Below are positions 25,751-38,290 of a stretch of 64,000 bases of DNA, piece after piece; within the stretch, counting starts at the first letter, position 1, and each line of letters opens with the position of its first letter. Made by a program: the position numbers and the translations under genes. The stretch is taken from the NCBI GenBank assembly GCA_013265495.1, contig MU058844.1, forward strand, positions 10,748,184 through 10,812,183, written 5' to 3'. The notes under the pieces are model-generated. The model ran no database searches, was not told the origin of the DNA, and was given only the letters and a program-made list of their open reading frames with translations. This DNA comes from Vicugna vicugna. Its lineage: Eukaryota.

Positions 25751-26659
25751 TACCCCTCTCGGTTAGGTGGCACATAGGAATCTCAAGTTACAAATGCAAA
25801 TGACAATAAATGTTGCAGTTCTTAATTTTCTCAAAGTACTTTATGACTGGCTCCAAGCTTCCATCCTTCCTGGCAGGTGGGAATGCCAAGTTTAGTAAAT
25901 ATGGGCTTTGTCACTACAAGTTTGTCCCTAAGTCCTAGGGATTTGCAGAATGCCAAAATCACGGAAGTTCCAATGGTCATAATTCCTTGCTCATCCTTGT
26001 CACCCCTGAGATGCCCACTGTCTCAACCAGCATGGTCTCTCAGTGGGTTCCTCACCCTAACGGCTCCCTGTTCTCCATCACCTGCTTGAGGCACAGGAAT
26101 CTTTGGTGACACTGGCAGCACCTGGGTCGGTGGCACAGTCATTTCCATCAACCTAAGGTACTGACAACCCAGCTCTCCTTATCCGCCTCAAGGAGTTTCT
26201 CTTCTTACTCTCTCCTTGTCTTCAAAAGCATGCTCCCCTATGATCCTTTTCCTGAAACTAAGCATATCTCTTCAATGTATTTCTATTCTTATTAAAAGCA
26301 ATAAGCAATTGACTTCTGGCTATCTTTTCTTCCCTGGAAAGGAAATCCCTCTAGGAAAGAATGGTTTACTTGCTTGACATGGAGAAGGATGTTAAGATGA
26401 AAATAAAAAAACCCCCAGTATCTCAACAAATAATCTGCATCACTGTTGTTTCGGTTTCTGTGCATACCCAGCCATTCCGATGACTTGCCGGCCGCCTTCC
26501 CTGCTCTGCGCCCCGCCTCACCTCTGTGCCTTTGCATGTGTTACAACTTGTCTTTCATGTCCTCCCTCTTCATGTTCATCTAGACTTTCCTTTATGACTT
26601 ACTTGAGTTCTCACTTAAAATGGTCTGGTCTAGGTTAAATAATAGAACATCCTATTCAT

Positions 26660-26840
26660 AGCATTCATTCATTCATTCATTTCATCTCATTCATTCATTT
26701 ATTTGTCATAAATGCCTACCGCAGCTATTACATGTCAGAAATGGGGCTGGGCACGGAAGATATTGCAGTGAGCAAGAGACAAGATAACGGTCCCTAGAGA
26801 GTTGATGGTCTATCAGGAAGACAGATTTGAAAAGTGATTG
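26660..26840 (-). mobile_element. L2 3' end
   Basis: Antisense (CATT)n tail, then 'gtcagaaatggggctgggcacggaagatattgcagtgagcaagagac...gtccctagagagttgatggtcta'. Confidence 0.8.
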
Positions 26841-27333
26841 CCATTCAGAATGTGGAGTATTTCTTAATAGGCAGTTCAGTGTGCGAAGGCAACAAGCATA
26901 TCATAAAGGGATAAAACCTAGTTTCATGGTCCCTGAGGCAGTGATGTTTAAGTACCACCCTTAGAGCAGTCATCATGCTATTTTTCAGTTTGCCACTTCT
27001 CCATCCTTTCCATTGGATTATGGGTTCTTCAAGGGCCAGGGCCAGGATTTTCATCTCTTTCAGATAAAAAAAGAAAAAATGTGTATTGCAGTGATCCAAG
27101 TGAAAGTCTGTTTAGAAAATTATTTTATGCTACTTAAATTTGAAAGAGATCATTTAGAAAAAAATTACCATGAAAGCCTTAAAATATTATAAAAATGGGT
27201 CATTTTGCTTACAGAAATTATACACAGCTAACAAGTCTTAGTAAGAGACTGCTTTGCTCATAGTTGAATTAAAATCATTGACAGAAATAAAAACCTCCAT
27301 ATTTTCATTTGAAGTTTCACACCACTATCTTTT

Positions 27334-27503
27334 TTTTTTTTTTATTGAAGTATAGTTGATTTACAATGTTGTGTTAGTTTCTGGTGTACAGCATAGTGAT
27401 TCAGTTATACATATATAAATATTTTTTCATATTCTTTTTCATTATAGATTATTACAAGCTACTGAATATAGTTCCTTGTGCTATGCAATGGGAATCTGGT
27501 TTA
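27334..27503 (-). mobile_element. 5'-truncated L1 3' end with a perfect 17-bp TSD
   Basis: Poly-T then 'attgaagtatagttgatttacaatgttgtgttagtttctggtgtacagcatagtgattcag'; TSD tcacaccactatctttt at 27317-27333 and 27504-27520. Confidence 0.93.
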
Positions 27504-29959
27504 TCACACCACTATCTTTTAAGTAATACTTTCAAATAGCAATAAAACCAATATTCACTTTCAAAGATATAAAACAAACAGACACATTCTTCTTTCACAA
27601 TAACATCTTTTTAGGTTGGAAGTGGTCTATAACTCAAAAGGTCAAATAGAAAATGTTAATGAAAACAGAATGTAGTCAAGTCAAATAAAATAAGAAAATA
27701 AACCAAGATTCTGCTTCAGGCATTGCAAATCTGATTTAAACAGTCTTCTCAGAAGATTAAAGCTGCTATTTACTGAAATGTAAAGTATGTTCTTATACTC
27801 ATTTACCAATAGTTCTCCTTTTTAACATCAGGATGTAACATTCTCCCAAAGACAATAATAATAAATTATTTTATTTGTAAAAACTAATTTAAATGATCAT
27901 TGGGAAGCTAATTGGAAAACCTGGATTTAACAAAATAGGTTAAAAAAAACCTTATGAAATGACTAATTACCAATATTTACTAAAGAAAGCCAATGGGTAA
28001 TTTCACTATTAATGTCTTAGAACCAAATTATAGACATTTTAATAGTGATTGAACAAGTCTATGATCATGATTGTTTCAAAGCTGTGGGAATTAATTTAAC
28101 TTTTTGCAAAGAAAGACTTAGCACCACATGTCCTTGGAAACTATAGTGAATCATTTATAGCAGCCAAAGATCTGTTTCCATAGAATAATGCCGACTTATG
28201 TTCCAAGGTATGCATCGTTAACCACAGAATGATTCTCGGACCCATGATAGCCTCAACAATATACTCTTTATTTATGTGAAACTGTGTCATCTCTTTGTTA
28301 GTTACCATTAAGTAGGTACTTACTAATTGATCTTTAGTTGGACAGGTCATGGATAATTTAAGAAGAATTTTCTCCTGAAATTAAAAGTGTCAATTGCAAA
28401 ATCAAATAGCAATTTAACAGCAGAATTAATTTTGCACAATTTTATGGAAAAGAAGATTATCACTAAAAAATATTTCCATTGTCTGCCCTGAACTGATTAC
28501 TTCTCTCTCAGGGTCTCCAGGCTTTCATAAAGGTTTCAACAGGAGATCGGAAGGAATGTGCTGCCCACTCATGATGATGCTTCAAAAAACAAAGGCTCTT
28601 CAGAATGGATCAAAGGCTGTAATTTCCATGCCATTTCTGTCCAATTTTCTTTTCTCCTAATGTTTTCATTTTTGAAATGGCTATGATTGCAATCCAATTT
28701 TGCCCACACAGCACTGCATGCCTAAATGAACCATTTATCACAAACTTTTTGTCTTTCTGATGCTTGAGATTTTTATTTGCTTAGAAATCTTTTTTTTTCC
28801 ATCAATGTTTACCACTCAAACTGCATTACAGTTACCTTCAGTAATTACTACCTGTAGTCGCTTACATTATTCTTTCCTCCAGATGTGGCCTCAAAAGTTC
28901 CTATCTCAAGCCAATTACATGTTAGCGCTGGAATGCACTGCAACTTCACCATTAAAGATACCCTTATGCATCCTTGAAAGATTTTAAGTTGGATTCATCC
29001 TGACATACAAATACTAAAACTTTGAAATGCCTAGGATTGATATCTCATGTCAATATCACAGATTGTCACGAACTCATTAGGTGTAACTGCTCCTTTCTAA
29101 CACTTGACATTTTTGAATTATTCTGATGAGACTGCTCAAGTTAAATACTGTAGCTACTAGTGTTTGGCACTGAACCACATTATCTTAAGAAGCATAATGA
29201 TTAGTTGACCACTTTTTGAATTTCAGGTCTTTTGATATGGTTTAATGTCACAAAGGCTGCTTAAAATTGTCCAAACCAGTATTATAGTCACAACAATGAA
29301 CATTATAATAAATTGGCTTCCCCACTTTCCGCACTCACAAAGATAAAAGAAAAATCAGTTTAAATTTATAGTAAAACAGGTGTAGACCTTAAAGTACACA
29401 CCTCCACTCCTTTCCTTGTCTTTTCATTTTCATAGATGTGTCCAGTTAGGGAAAACACTAAAGGTATATTTGCTAAAGCCTTGTGTTTTCTTTTCATATA
29501 CTTAGAAAATAAAGAAGATAACTGTTAATAAATATGCTATTAGCTTAGAGGTGCAAGAAGGGAGAAAATGGTAGGCAGCTTAAATAGTAATTTTTGGTCA
29601 TGATTGTAAATATTCAGTTTATAAACAAATTTCATTCTGGGGATTTATGTATTTTTCAAAAGCAGACAATATGCTATTTAGTCATTCTACCTCCTTTACC
29701 TTGTAGACATATATCACAATTCAATTTTTTCAAAAACCCAAGTTAGTTTTTAGAAACTTTCAGAAAATATTTTCTGATGAATTTCAACAGGCTCTGATCA
29801 TTTCTCTATGAAATCACTCCATAAGGCCGTATTTTAAAGTCTATTATTTTCCAGAACTGCTTTCACTCTGGGTGTCTCCTCCTGGGTTCTGTGGCGAGTC
29901 TCTGGGGTATAGTACAATTTCACACTACTCAAAGCATTGTCTTTTCTGTATTGTGGGGT

Positions 29960-30125
29960 GGTGATGTCATGGGTTTGGACTCAGAACCTGGTTTCAGTGC
30001 CAGCTCTTTCATAATCATCTGAGTGGTCCTCAACAAATTACTGAACTTCCTTCAGCCACAGTTTGATCTTCTATAAAGTGATGAAGATTACAGGAGATGA
30101 TATATGGAAAAGGGCTGTCAAGTAG
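29960..30125 (+). mobile_element. MIR SINE
   Basis: 'gggtttggactcagaacctggtttcagtgccagctct...aaattactgaacttccttcagccacagtttgatcttctataaagtg'. Confidence 0.7.
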
Positions 30126-30434
30126 TTTACAGTCTCTCCATGTTAGTTGTGATCCCTCTAATGAACTGTTCCCCCTACACATAGCTTAACTTACATCCGT
30201 CTGTAACTTGATCTGTACTTTAAAGTGTGTTAGCTCTGAGTGTAGGAACGTGCAGCCTCTCTGAGAATCTGTTTGGGGCTGGGAGGGTGATTAACACATT
30301 GGACTGTACATTTTCTCATGGTTAAAAGTTCTTTGAGGTCTGAAGTGTTTTTTGTTGTGTTGTGGTTATTTGTTTGTTTCTTTTGTGAATTCCTTTCCCC
30401 CTTTCCCCACAGGACCTAAAATACTATATGTGTA

Positions 30435-30700
30435 GAGAAAGGCAGTGTAGGTATCATAATTGGTTAAAGCTTGGAATCTGGAGTCCAACTTTTGCAGTCT
30501 GAATCATTGGCTGTGTGATGTTGGGAAAGTTACTTAAACCTTTTCTGACTCTCTTTACTCATCTCCAAAGTAGGTCTGTTGACAATGATGCCAGTCTTAC
30601 TGGGTTTTTGACAAAGAAGAGTATATTATAGTACATAAAAAGCATTAAGAACAATGACAGTGTTGGGCACATTCTGAGCACATACACCTGTTACATATTA
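30435..30700 (+). mobile_element. MIR SINE
   Basis: 'ggttaaagcttggaatctggagtcc...ggctgtgtgatgttgggaaagttacttaaacc'. Confidence 0.8.
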
Positions 30701-31799
30701 CTAGTTCTTGAATGACTTATGCTCACTATGGCTAAACAGTTCTTGCAATAAACAGAATGATTTTGTTTAAAAGCATTAAATGAATCTGTTAGAAGTAAGC
30801 ATTAATTTAAGTATTTTTGAACAGTTCTGTGAGATTACAATCTTTAAAATGTACATAAAACAAAATGATAAGGTGTACTAAGTCAAATTTTTTTTAAGGT
30901 GAACATTCTAAATAAAGTTAGAAAAACAGATTTTTAATGAAGATGAGCCAAAGCCATAAAGATTTAGAAAACTGGGTAATGTATTATTAGGCATGTATAG
31001 AACAAATTATAGAATGCTAAGTGAATTTATGAGGTCATGAGCAGATAAGGCCTTAATAATTTTTTAGATTGGAGATTATCCTATAAAGTCTATTCATAAA
31101 TTGATGAAATGCATACTGAAAAAGGAATGTCCAAAAATTCATAGTGCAGAAGCCACAAGCAACTTAGGCATTGGAAAACATGCCGGGTAGCATAGTTGCT
31201 TTCAGTATTTTACTTAAATACAGTATAGATACTACCATTAAAAGAAATGATATATGTATATTGGGTAGTGACTGTGACTGGGATTTTCCTATTTAATAAA
31301 GATGTCTCCTATGAAACTTAAATATAAGGAGTTATGTCAGTCAGTTTTTCATTCTCTGGACATCAACAGCTGCAATGATGTTTAACCAAAATGATGGCTA
31401 CTTGATTTAATCGACCTGTTTAATTATTTTTTGTAAAAAGAGTCTGGCTATCTCCTCAATGCCAAGCCATTTTCCTTCTTAAGGCATAATTTAACTCACT
31501 CCGGCAGCTTCTGTTTCTCTGCTGGATACTTCTCTATTAGAAGAATGGAGTTCCACTGGTGAGAAATGACTCAGCAGGAAATCCAATAGAATTTGTCCAA
31601 CTAATACCTTTGTTAAGAGCACTATGGGGAAATCATTAGCTATTTAGACATAGATGAACCAAAGGTAAGTTTGTATTTAAATTTCTAGGCAATTCAAAAC
31701 CATGCAAGGAATACTAAAAAGTGAAGATGTACATAGATTAATTTCATCAATTGCTGAAGCCAATGGACATTTTATCAGAATAAGATTATATCCATCACC

Positions 31800-32030
31800 T
31801 CGCTCATTTCTTTACTTGTTTAGTAAGTATTTATTGTATAACAATTAAATGCTAAACATACAGTAATGAGCTGAGAGAGAGCGTAGTTAAAAAGACAGAG
31901 CTACTCCCTTCATGGAGCCTACAGTTTAGCTGAAGACTCAGACACTAAACAAGAAAATAATTACATAATTACCTTTGTAACGGATTATACGGAGGAAAAG
32001 TATAAGGTCTAATCAGAGCATTCAAAGGGA
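31800..32030 (-). mobile_element. L2 3' end
   Basis: 'agtaagtatttattg...aaagacagagctactcccttcatggagcctacagtttagctgaagactcagacactaaac'. Confidence 0.75.
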
Positions 32031-32539
32031 TAAAATCCATGCAGAGTAACTGATAGGAGTGCTCATTAAGTAGGCTTATTTAAAAGTCTAAAATACTCAT
32101 CTGGAAGTTGACATGGGAAGTTTGGTTAAAAAAAATATGAAATTAATACTAAAGTGCAATGCTAGGGCATCTGCTTGACAAATGGTTGCATGAAGGTAAG
32201 AAAAAGAGTAAGAAAACAAAAGAGTAATTGAAATGGAGAAATAAACACCAATAAAAGAATATTTCTGTCAGATGTGATTAATATAACTGCTTGTCATTGC
32301 ATGGGAACTTTGGTAGTTTTATTGCTTGTAATTTTGTGGCTAGCTTTTATTCAGCAACCTAAAAGTTGAGTTTCACTGAATCTCCTTTTAAAATTGTTGC
32401 ACAGATAAGTTTTGACTTAAGAAGTTTCTCTTTAACAGTCTTTATTATTTTCTTTCTAACTTAGTAAAATTTACTAGTTTACCTTCAAGTCTCAAGAAAG
32501 TTACGGCTTTTATTTCAGCTGTGAGAAGGGAATGCAGTA

Positions 32540-33400
32540 TAACATTTATTGAGCAACTACTATGCAGAACACTCAGCTGTGTGATTTTGGGTGCACAATA
32601 AAGCTAATATGATGGGGTTTCAACTCCAAAGGAGCTTTGATACAATGTGCAGTGTGTGTGTACATGTTTGTGTTCAGGAGTCCCTCTTGTGTACACATCC
32701 GTGGAGATCTAAAAAGATGTAAGTGAGACTGAGAATTGTAGAAGATAAGTAAAAGTAGAACTATTAAGTCTTTTAAGGTAATCTAATGAAAAGCAGAAAT
32801 TCCAAAACCTTGCACTGAAACAGTAGGGATTGCAAAATTTATGTTACAAAAGCTATAAATAAGCCCTGGTGCTTTGATCAAAGGAGAAAAAGAAGAGAAA
32901 ATCTTTAGGAAATAATGGAGATTAAAAAAAATTGACAAGGTTGGCCATGCAGTATATAGAAGTCTGGGAGGGCAGGATTACAAAGCTTGGGAGTACTCTG
33001 GGTCATAAGTAAAAGCAACAGAATGGAATGCATGAAAATATAAAATTTGGTCTATCATATCAGGAAAGGTCTTTACAGAACAGTTATTGATTATGAGAAT
33101 TTTTCAAGGGAAATAGAAGCAGCTTCATCATTTGGGACATATTGAATACAGATCCCTGTGTTATATCTGATAGTAACACGGTGAAAAAGAATATGAAAAT
33201 GAACATGTGTATGTTCATGTATGGCTGAAGCATTGTGCTGCACACCAGAAATTGACACAACATTGTAAACTGAGTATACCTCAATAAAAAAAATATACAT
33301 ATATACCAAAAAAAAAAAAAGAAGACTGGACTCACCTGAAGGGATAGAGAGTGTGCAGGCAGAACTGATGACTTGTTAGGCTTTTAAAATTTCTGGTTTC
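32540..33400 (-). mobile_element. L2 fragment (degraded), interrupted by L1
   Basis: 'acatttattgagcaactactatgcag' start followed by purine-rich L2-like sequence. Confidence 0.55.
33139..33320 (+). mobile_element. Camelid-type L1 3' end with a short 5' inversion
   Basis: 'gaaaaagaatatgaaaatgaacatgtgtatgttcatgtatggctgaag...caccagaaattgacacaacattgtaaactgagtatacctcaataaaa' plus poly-A; 33139-33166 is the inverted upstream L1 segment. Confidence 0.88.
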
Positions 33401-35641
33401 TGTGACTTGATTTTTCCACATTCCACTACTTAAATTATGATAAACTGTGTTCTCATTGCCATTTATAGCAGTAATTTTTTTAAACCAATATATTTGTTGT
33501 CCCATGGGCATTTCCTTTTCTCAAGTTTAGAAAACACCCACCTGGAACTTGAGTTAATTTTAGATTTCAAAGTGGAAGATTCATGAATGATGGTCACAAA
33601 GAGAAGTAACTCCTAAGATAAGCCCAAGCCAAACTGACCACAATTAGAGACACTAGTCCTATCTCCTTCTGAACTAGTTTCGCAGATAATATAATGTAGA
33701 AGCTACCCTCTATTCAAGAGTTTTTATATTCCATATACTGTCCTATGTACCTTTATATGCATGGTTTAAATCCTCATTAATAAAGTTTAATCCTCATTGA
33801 TACTCCAGTGCTACATAGTTAAGATTATGCTCTTAATTTTCTATAAATGGAAACTAAGGCTTGGAGATTCACTGATGTCAAGGCTCTTGCTCTTTGTATG
33901 ATGACTGTAGGGAGAGCAAATTGTCCAGGGCGAGGTCAGACTCTGACACTCTTGATTTTGTTACAAAGAGTACCAAGCCCTGAACACGATGGAGGACAGT
34001 GACATGATACAAAATTAGGAAAGTCACTTCTGGCCACAGCTAAATGGGATAGAAAAGTTTTTTGATTTTGGTGGTGCAGGCAGATACAAGGCTATTTCCA
34101 CCCTGGAAAAGTAAAACAGGATTCTTGCTAGTTTAAAATGAAAGCCTACTGGAAGGTTAGCCCATGATAATTCCTTGGGAGACAAGATTCTCAAAGTAAA
34201 ATGAACCAGGCTGTGAAGAGGGAGGATTAAGAAGTATTCTAGTGTTCCCAGTGCTGGGTGAGCAGTTGTCATGACTACTCCGGTGCATGTGTGTTGGATG
34301 GAAAGGATCACTTCCTGGTACTGTCTAGCTCTGTCACTTGTAAGTGGAACTGTGCTGTCTGGGCCATGGATGCTTGGGGCCTGGGTGTTCTTGGAAAGAG
34401 TCCTCAGACAGTCAGAAGCCCCTTTCCTCATTCCAAGGTGGCCTGAGGGGATGGTTAAGCCTTGCCTGCCTGGCCGGTGGAGAAAAGAGGAAGTGTCTTT
34501 TACGGAATGTCAGGGAAAAGATTGATGCACAGTGGCCATGTCTCTGTTCCCTGTATCATCAAGGCAGTATTTTGTCAGTTGTTGGATGCGTTATCCTTGT
34601 TAACAGGTGTTATTGACTCTGCTTTTCAATTTGCTTTTGGGATTCAGGGGAAATAACTTTGGTGCCGTGTCTATTGCATAGTTGCAGTAATAAATAGCAT
34701 ACTTTATTGATAAAAACGGAAAAGTAATTTGACCTATAGTAAAATAAGTGAGCTAATTTTGGAGGAAATGGTAGGTCAAAGAAGTGATGATGGATGTGCC
34801 ATTAACAGAAGCCTATGGTAGTATGTTTTAGCTTCTATAATACCCTCGTAAAATTCCCATCTGCAATATTTCAGGAAATCCACTAGCAATGCACAAAGGA
34901 ACGCTTCTCCTAATTTGTTTTCTGGCAGTGTGTTAACATTTTACATCCTGAATCCAGACTTTGAGCTTTTGATTTTAGTGAGATCTGTAACCTAAGTTAG
35001 CATAGTCTTTGGACAGTTAACCATGGGCGTGTAGTCAGTTTCCTGTGTAACGAAGTCTTATTAACCACACTTTTAAGGAAGAAAGTAGAGGAGCATCTCC
35101 CAAAGTTGCTTGAGCTGAATTCTCTTCCATTTGATCAGACTTTGTGATTTTTAATGAAAAATATTTTAGTTTTAAGGACTGCAAGGATGTCTACTTGATC
35201 TGATTTTGTGTTTCCCAACTAATACTCAAGATAAAATGTGACTAGGTTCTGGGTAAAGCATGACTTACATCTGTAGCAGTCCCAACATTTCCTTTGATTT
35301 TCTTCTTTGAGCACAGCAACCCATCAGGTCTGAGCACCCAGCACTGATGACACAGTGTTCCCAATAAAAATGACAGTTGAGCTCAGAATATTAAATCTTT
35401 TTCTCTTATGGGCTGAAGAAAGACAAAACTTCAGTGTAACCAAGTCAGTGAGAATTTAAGTTAATAAAAGCTGGTAGTGGTAAATTTACTTGTGGTTTGC
35501 CTAAAAGAGGGCTTAATAAGTTGTACCAAACACAGACAAGCGCCACAAAAGACAACAATATAAAATTCTAAAGATATTTTAATTAAATTACTTTTGAGGT
35601 AATGTGTTACGTGTGTGTAAGTGATGATTACTAGCACCATT

Positions 35642-35670
35642 GTTCCTATGGTAACAGTTCTCCTAGCAAC
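35642..35670. promoter_or_regulatory. Tandem RFX X-box motifs
   Basis: GTTCCTATGGTAAC (35642-35655) and GTTCTCCTAGCAAC (35657-35670) both resemble the X-box consensus GTNRCC(N0-3)RGYAAC, each with a mismatch in the left half. Confidence 0.55.
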
Positions 35671-38129
35671 ATGAAAAGATCTTAATAGGATGTGCTCTTA
35701 AGAATCCACTTTTGGAGTATTATCAGAGAAAATTGTTTGTTACTCTCTACACCTAATTATCCATCTTTTTTTTTTTTTTTTAACGTAAGATTTTCTCAAA
35801 ATCATAGACCCACAAGGTTATATGAAAACAATCTCGGGCTTAAAACTTTATTTCTGCTTCTCACTTGTCCAAGGACAACTTGAGTTTGACCTCTTGTCTT
35901 AAAATGCACTTGAGGCAGAGGAATATATCCTACCATGCCTGTTTCCATTTTCTGTAAGCCAAGGTGATAGTCCTCACACATTCTGTGGCTGACACAAATC
36001 AAATAAATTATTCTCTGATTCAGAACCTGGACCTTGGACTCATAACACAGGGTATGTTCTACAGTAAGTGATAAAACTCTGAAAAGAATTTTGGCTCTCA
36101 AGTGATTAAAACAGTGACAGTCATTTTATTCTGCTGCTCAAAAGACAAATGAAAGTTCCTATGCAATTGTGATCTGCTTATAGTGTCTTATTTCTCCTCA
36201 TTTTACTAATGCTCACATTTGATTGATTAAATTTGTCTCCGCCTCCAAGCATTTTGCCAAATGGGAACATTCTATTTCATCTGTCTTCGTAAGTGACTGC
36301 TTCCTGGCATGTGAGATTAATAAAAAGTCTTATTGCTGAGTCTCTCCTGGTTGGTCTACATGCAGGTCGAGTTGTTTTTCTTTATTCTGGTCATATTTTC
36401 AGTATACTTAACCCAGCTAGCCATGTATTTTTTTTTCCATCTTAAGTACCTTCTAGAAAATGTTCATATTTAAACCCAATCATAAAAAGATGAACAATGT
36501 AAATTACTAAGCAGTAAGCAAAGGAGGGTCTTAACTTCTCAATTATTTTTAGTAGTAACTTCAGACTATTAGAAATGAAGGTGAGATGCTTACCTGGCCC
36601 CGCAGAGGGTATGGAATTCTGCAGAGCTGCTGTGTCGTGAGTGAGCTGCGGGATCCCAGGTGGAGCACTGACCTGCACTGCCTGCGTGTTAATCACTCAG
36701 CAGTGATCTTGGCATTTCCTTTCGTGAGATACCAAGCCAGGCACGGCCACACAGGATTACTGCCTGGTGCCTGGAACGTGCTTCTTCTCTGGTTCTCAGC
36801 AATTCTGCTCAGGCCTCACACGACACAGCTACTCAAGCACATTCAAGGGCATTCCCTAAGAAACAGTATGCTAATTCTGTATCTCAAACTGCTGCTAGGT
36901 GAGTGCTGCTAGCTGAGCTGTGTTCTGATGTACCCTGGGTGCATCCTAAAGAAGGAAACCTAAGTCAATGACATACGCTGTTTAACCTAATGAATTATGC
37001 ATCCTAATGCAGTGTGTTCTTATGTCCCCATCATGCTCCTTCGGAAAGTATGCGATCAATGAACTATAAAAAAAATCATAAAAGCATTCAAAGCAATGAA
37101 AATGACATTTTGAGCCCACTTTAATTATGTTAAATAAAATATTTCTAAATAGCAGTTTGTATTTTTTTTTAAAGGCTTTTTTTTTTAAGAGCTTTTTCAG
37201 GTTCACATGTACTTTTTTTTTTAATAGATAAAACCTGCCCTTCTACATTCAAATAATCATTACTAATCTAAATATTTTCCAACATTGCTCCTATTACTCA
37301 ATATCTTTTTCTTTGACTATACTAGAGCATTGGTTTTTCTTGTCTTGTGCTGTAAAATGCAAAATAACTTAACTAGCATATATTAGTCATGTTTTTCATG
37401 TTAACGTATATAACCACAATAGTAATAATGGAAGTAAACATTAATGGAAGTAAAATAGCTTACTTTAGTTAAGCCATCCATCCTAGCATGTCTAATATAC
37501 GCAATATCTCATGCATCTAAATAGTAAATGTAAGAAACAGTGAAGATAGAAATATTTCTTTGCACATTTTCAGAGAAGTACATTTTTTGAAGAAGTAAGG
37601 AATGCATAGGGTGTCACAGGATACTAAAATATAAAATTCCTCAGGCCTAAATTAGGAATAAAATGAAGCATAAAGAATAGATCAATGTAGCAACGCACAG
37701 ACTGAATCTGCTTACATAGAGCTGGAGAAGGGGAGATGAGGATGAATTAACACCATAAGGAGGGGTGACATCAATATTTGCTACTGGATGAAAAATATGA
37801 TAGCACTTTGATATGTGTAAGGAAACAGATGGCCTACATGCTTGTTTGTACAGATAAAAATAGGTTTTATTTTGGCAAGAGGGGAAAGGCTGGCCTACTT
37901 TTTTCAAGATGAACACTTAGGACGTTGACTCCCTTCACCGACTGCCAGTTCATTCTGACAAAGGCAGGCTGAGCTCAGAATGTACTAACGTCAAGGAACC
38001 CTGTGGCATTTTTTTTGAGGGCGGTAAAGATAGTTGTCACAGTGGTGCTGGCAACATGTATACCTACAGACTTCTCCTCCTAGGATAACCAGAATTTCAA
38101 ATCCTAGAGGAGTCAGTGCATCTTAGATG

Positions 38130-38290
38130 CAAATCAGCGACGCCCCAGCTTTGCGCGGGTCAAGTGGGAGCCTGGAAAATAACACTTGTTTAGCCCCATC
38201 CCCAAAGATTATGATTCAGGAGTAAATCTAGGAAGATCCCCAGTAATTTGCATTTGGTAAGCATTCCAGTTGACTCTGATGCATGGTAAT
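38130..38290. mobile_element. MER5-type hAT-Charlie fragment
   Basis: 'gccccatcccaaagattatgattcaggag...aatttgcatttggtaagcattccagttgactctgatgca'. Confidence 0.65.

Noticed and set aside
33763..33802. Short direct repeats (gtttaaatcctcatt twice; also taatggaagtaaa twice near 37427-37455)
   Set aside because: Ordinary slippage-type micro-duplications in AT-rich or MIR sequence.
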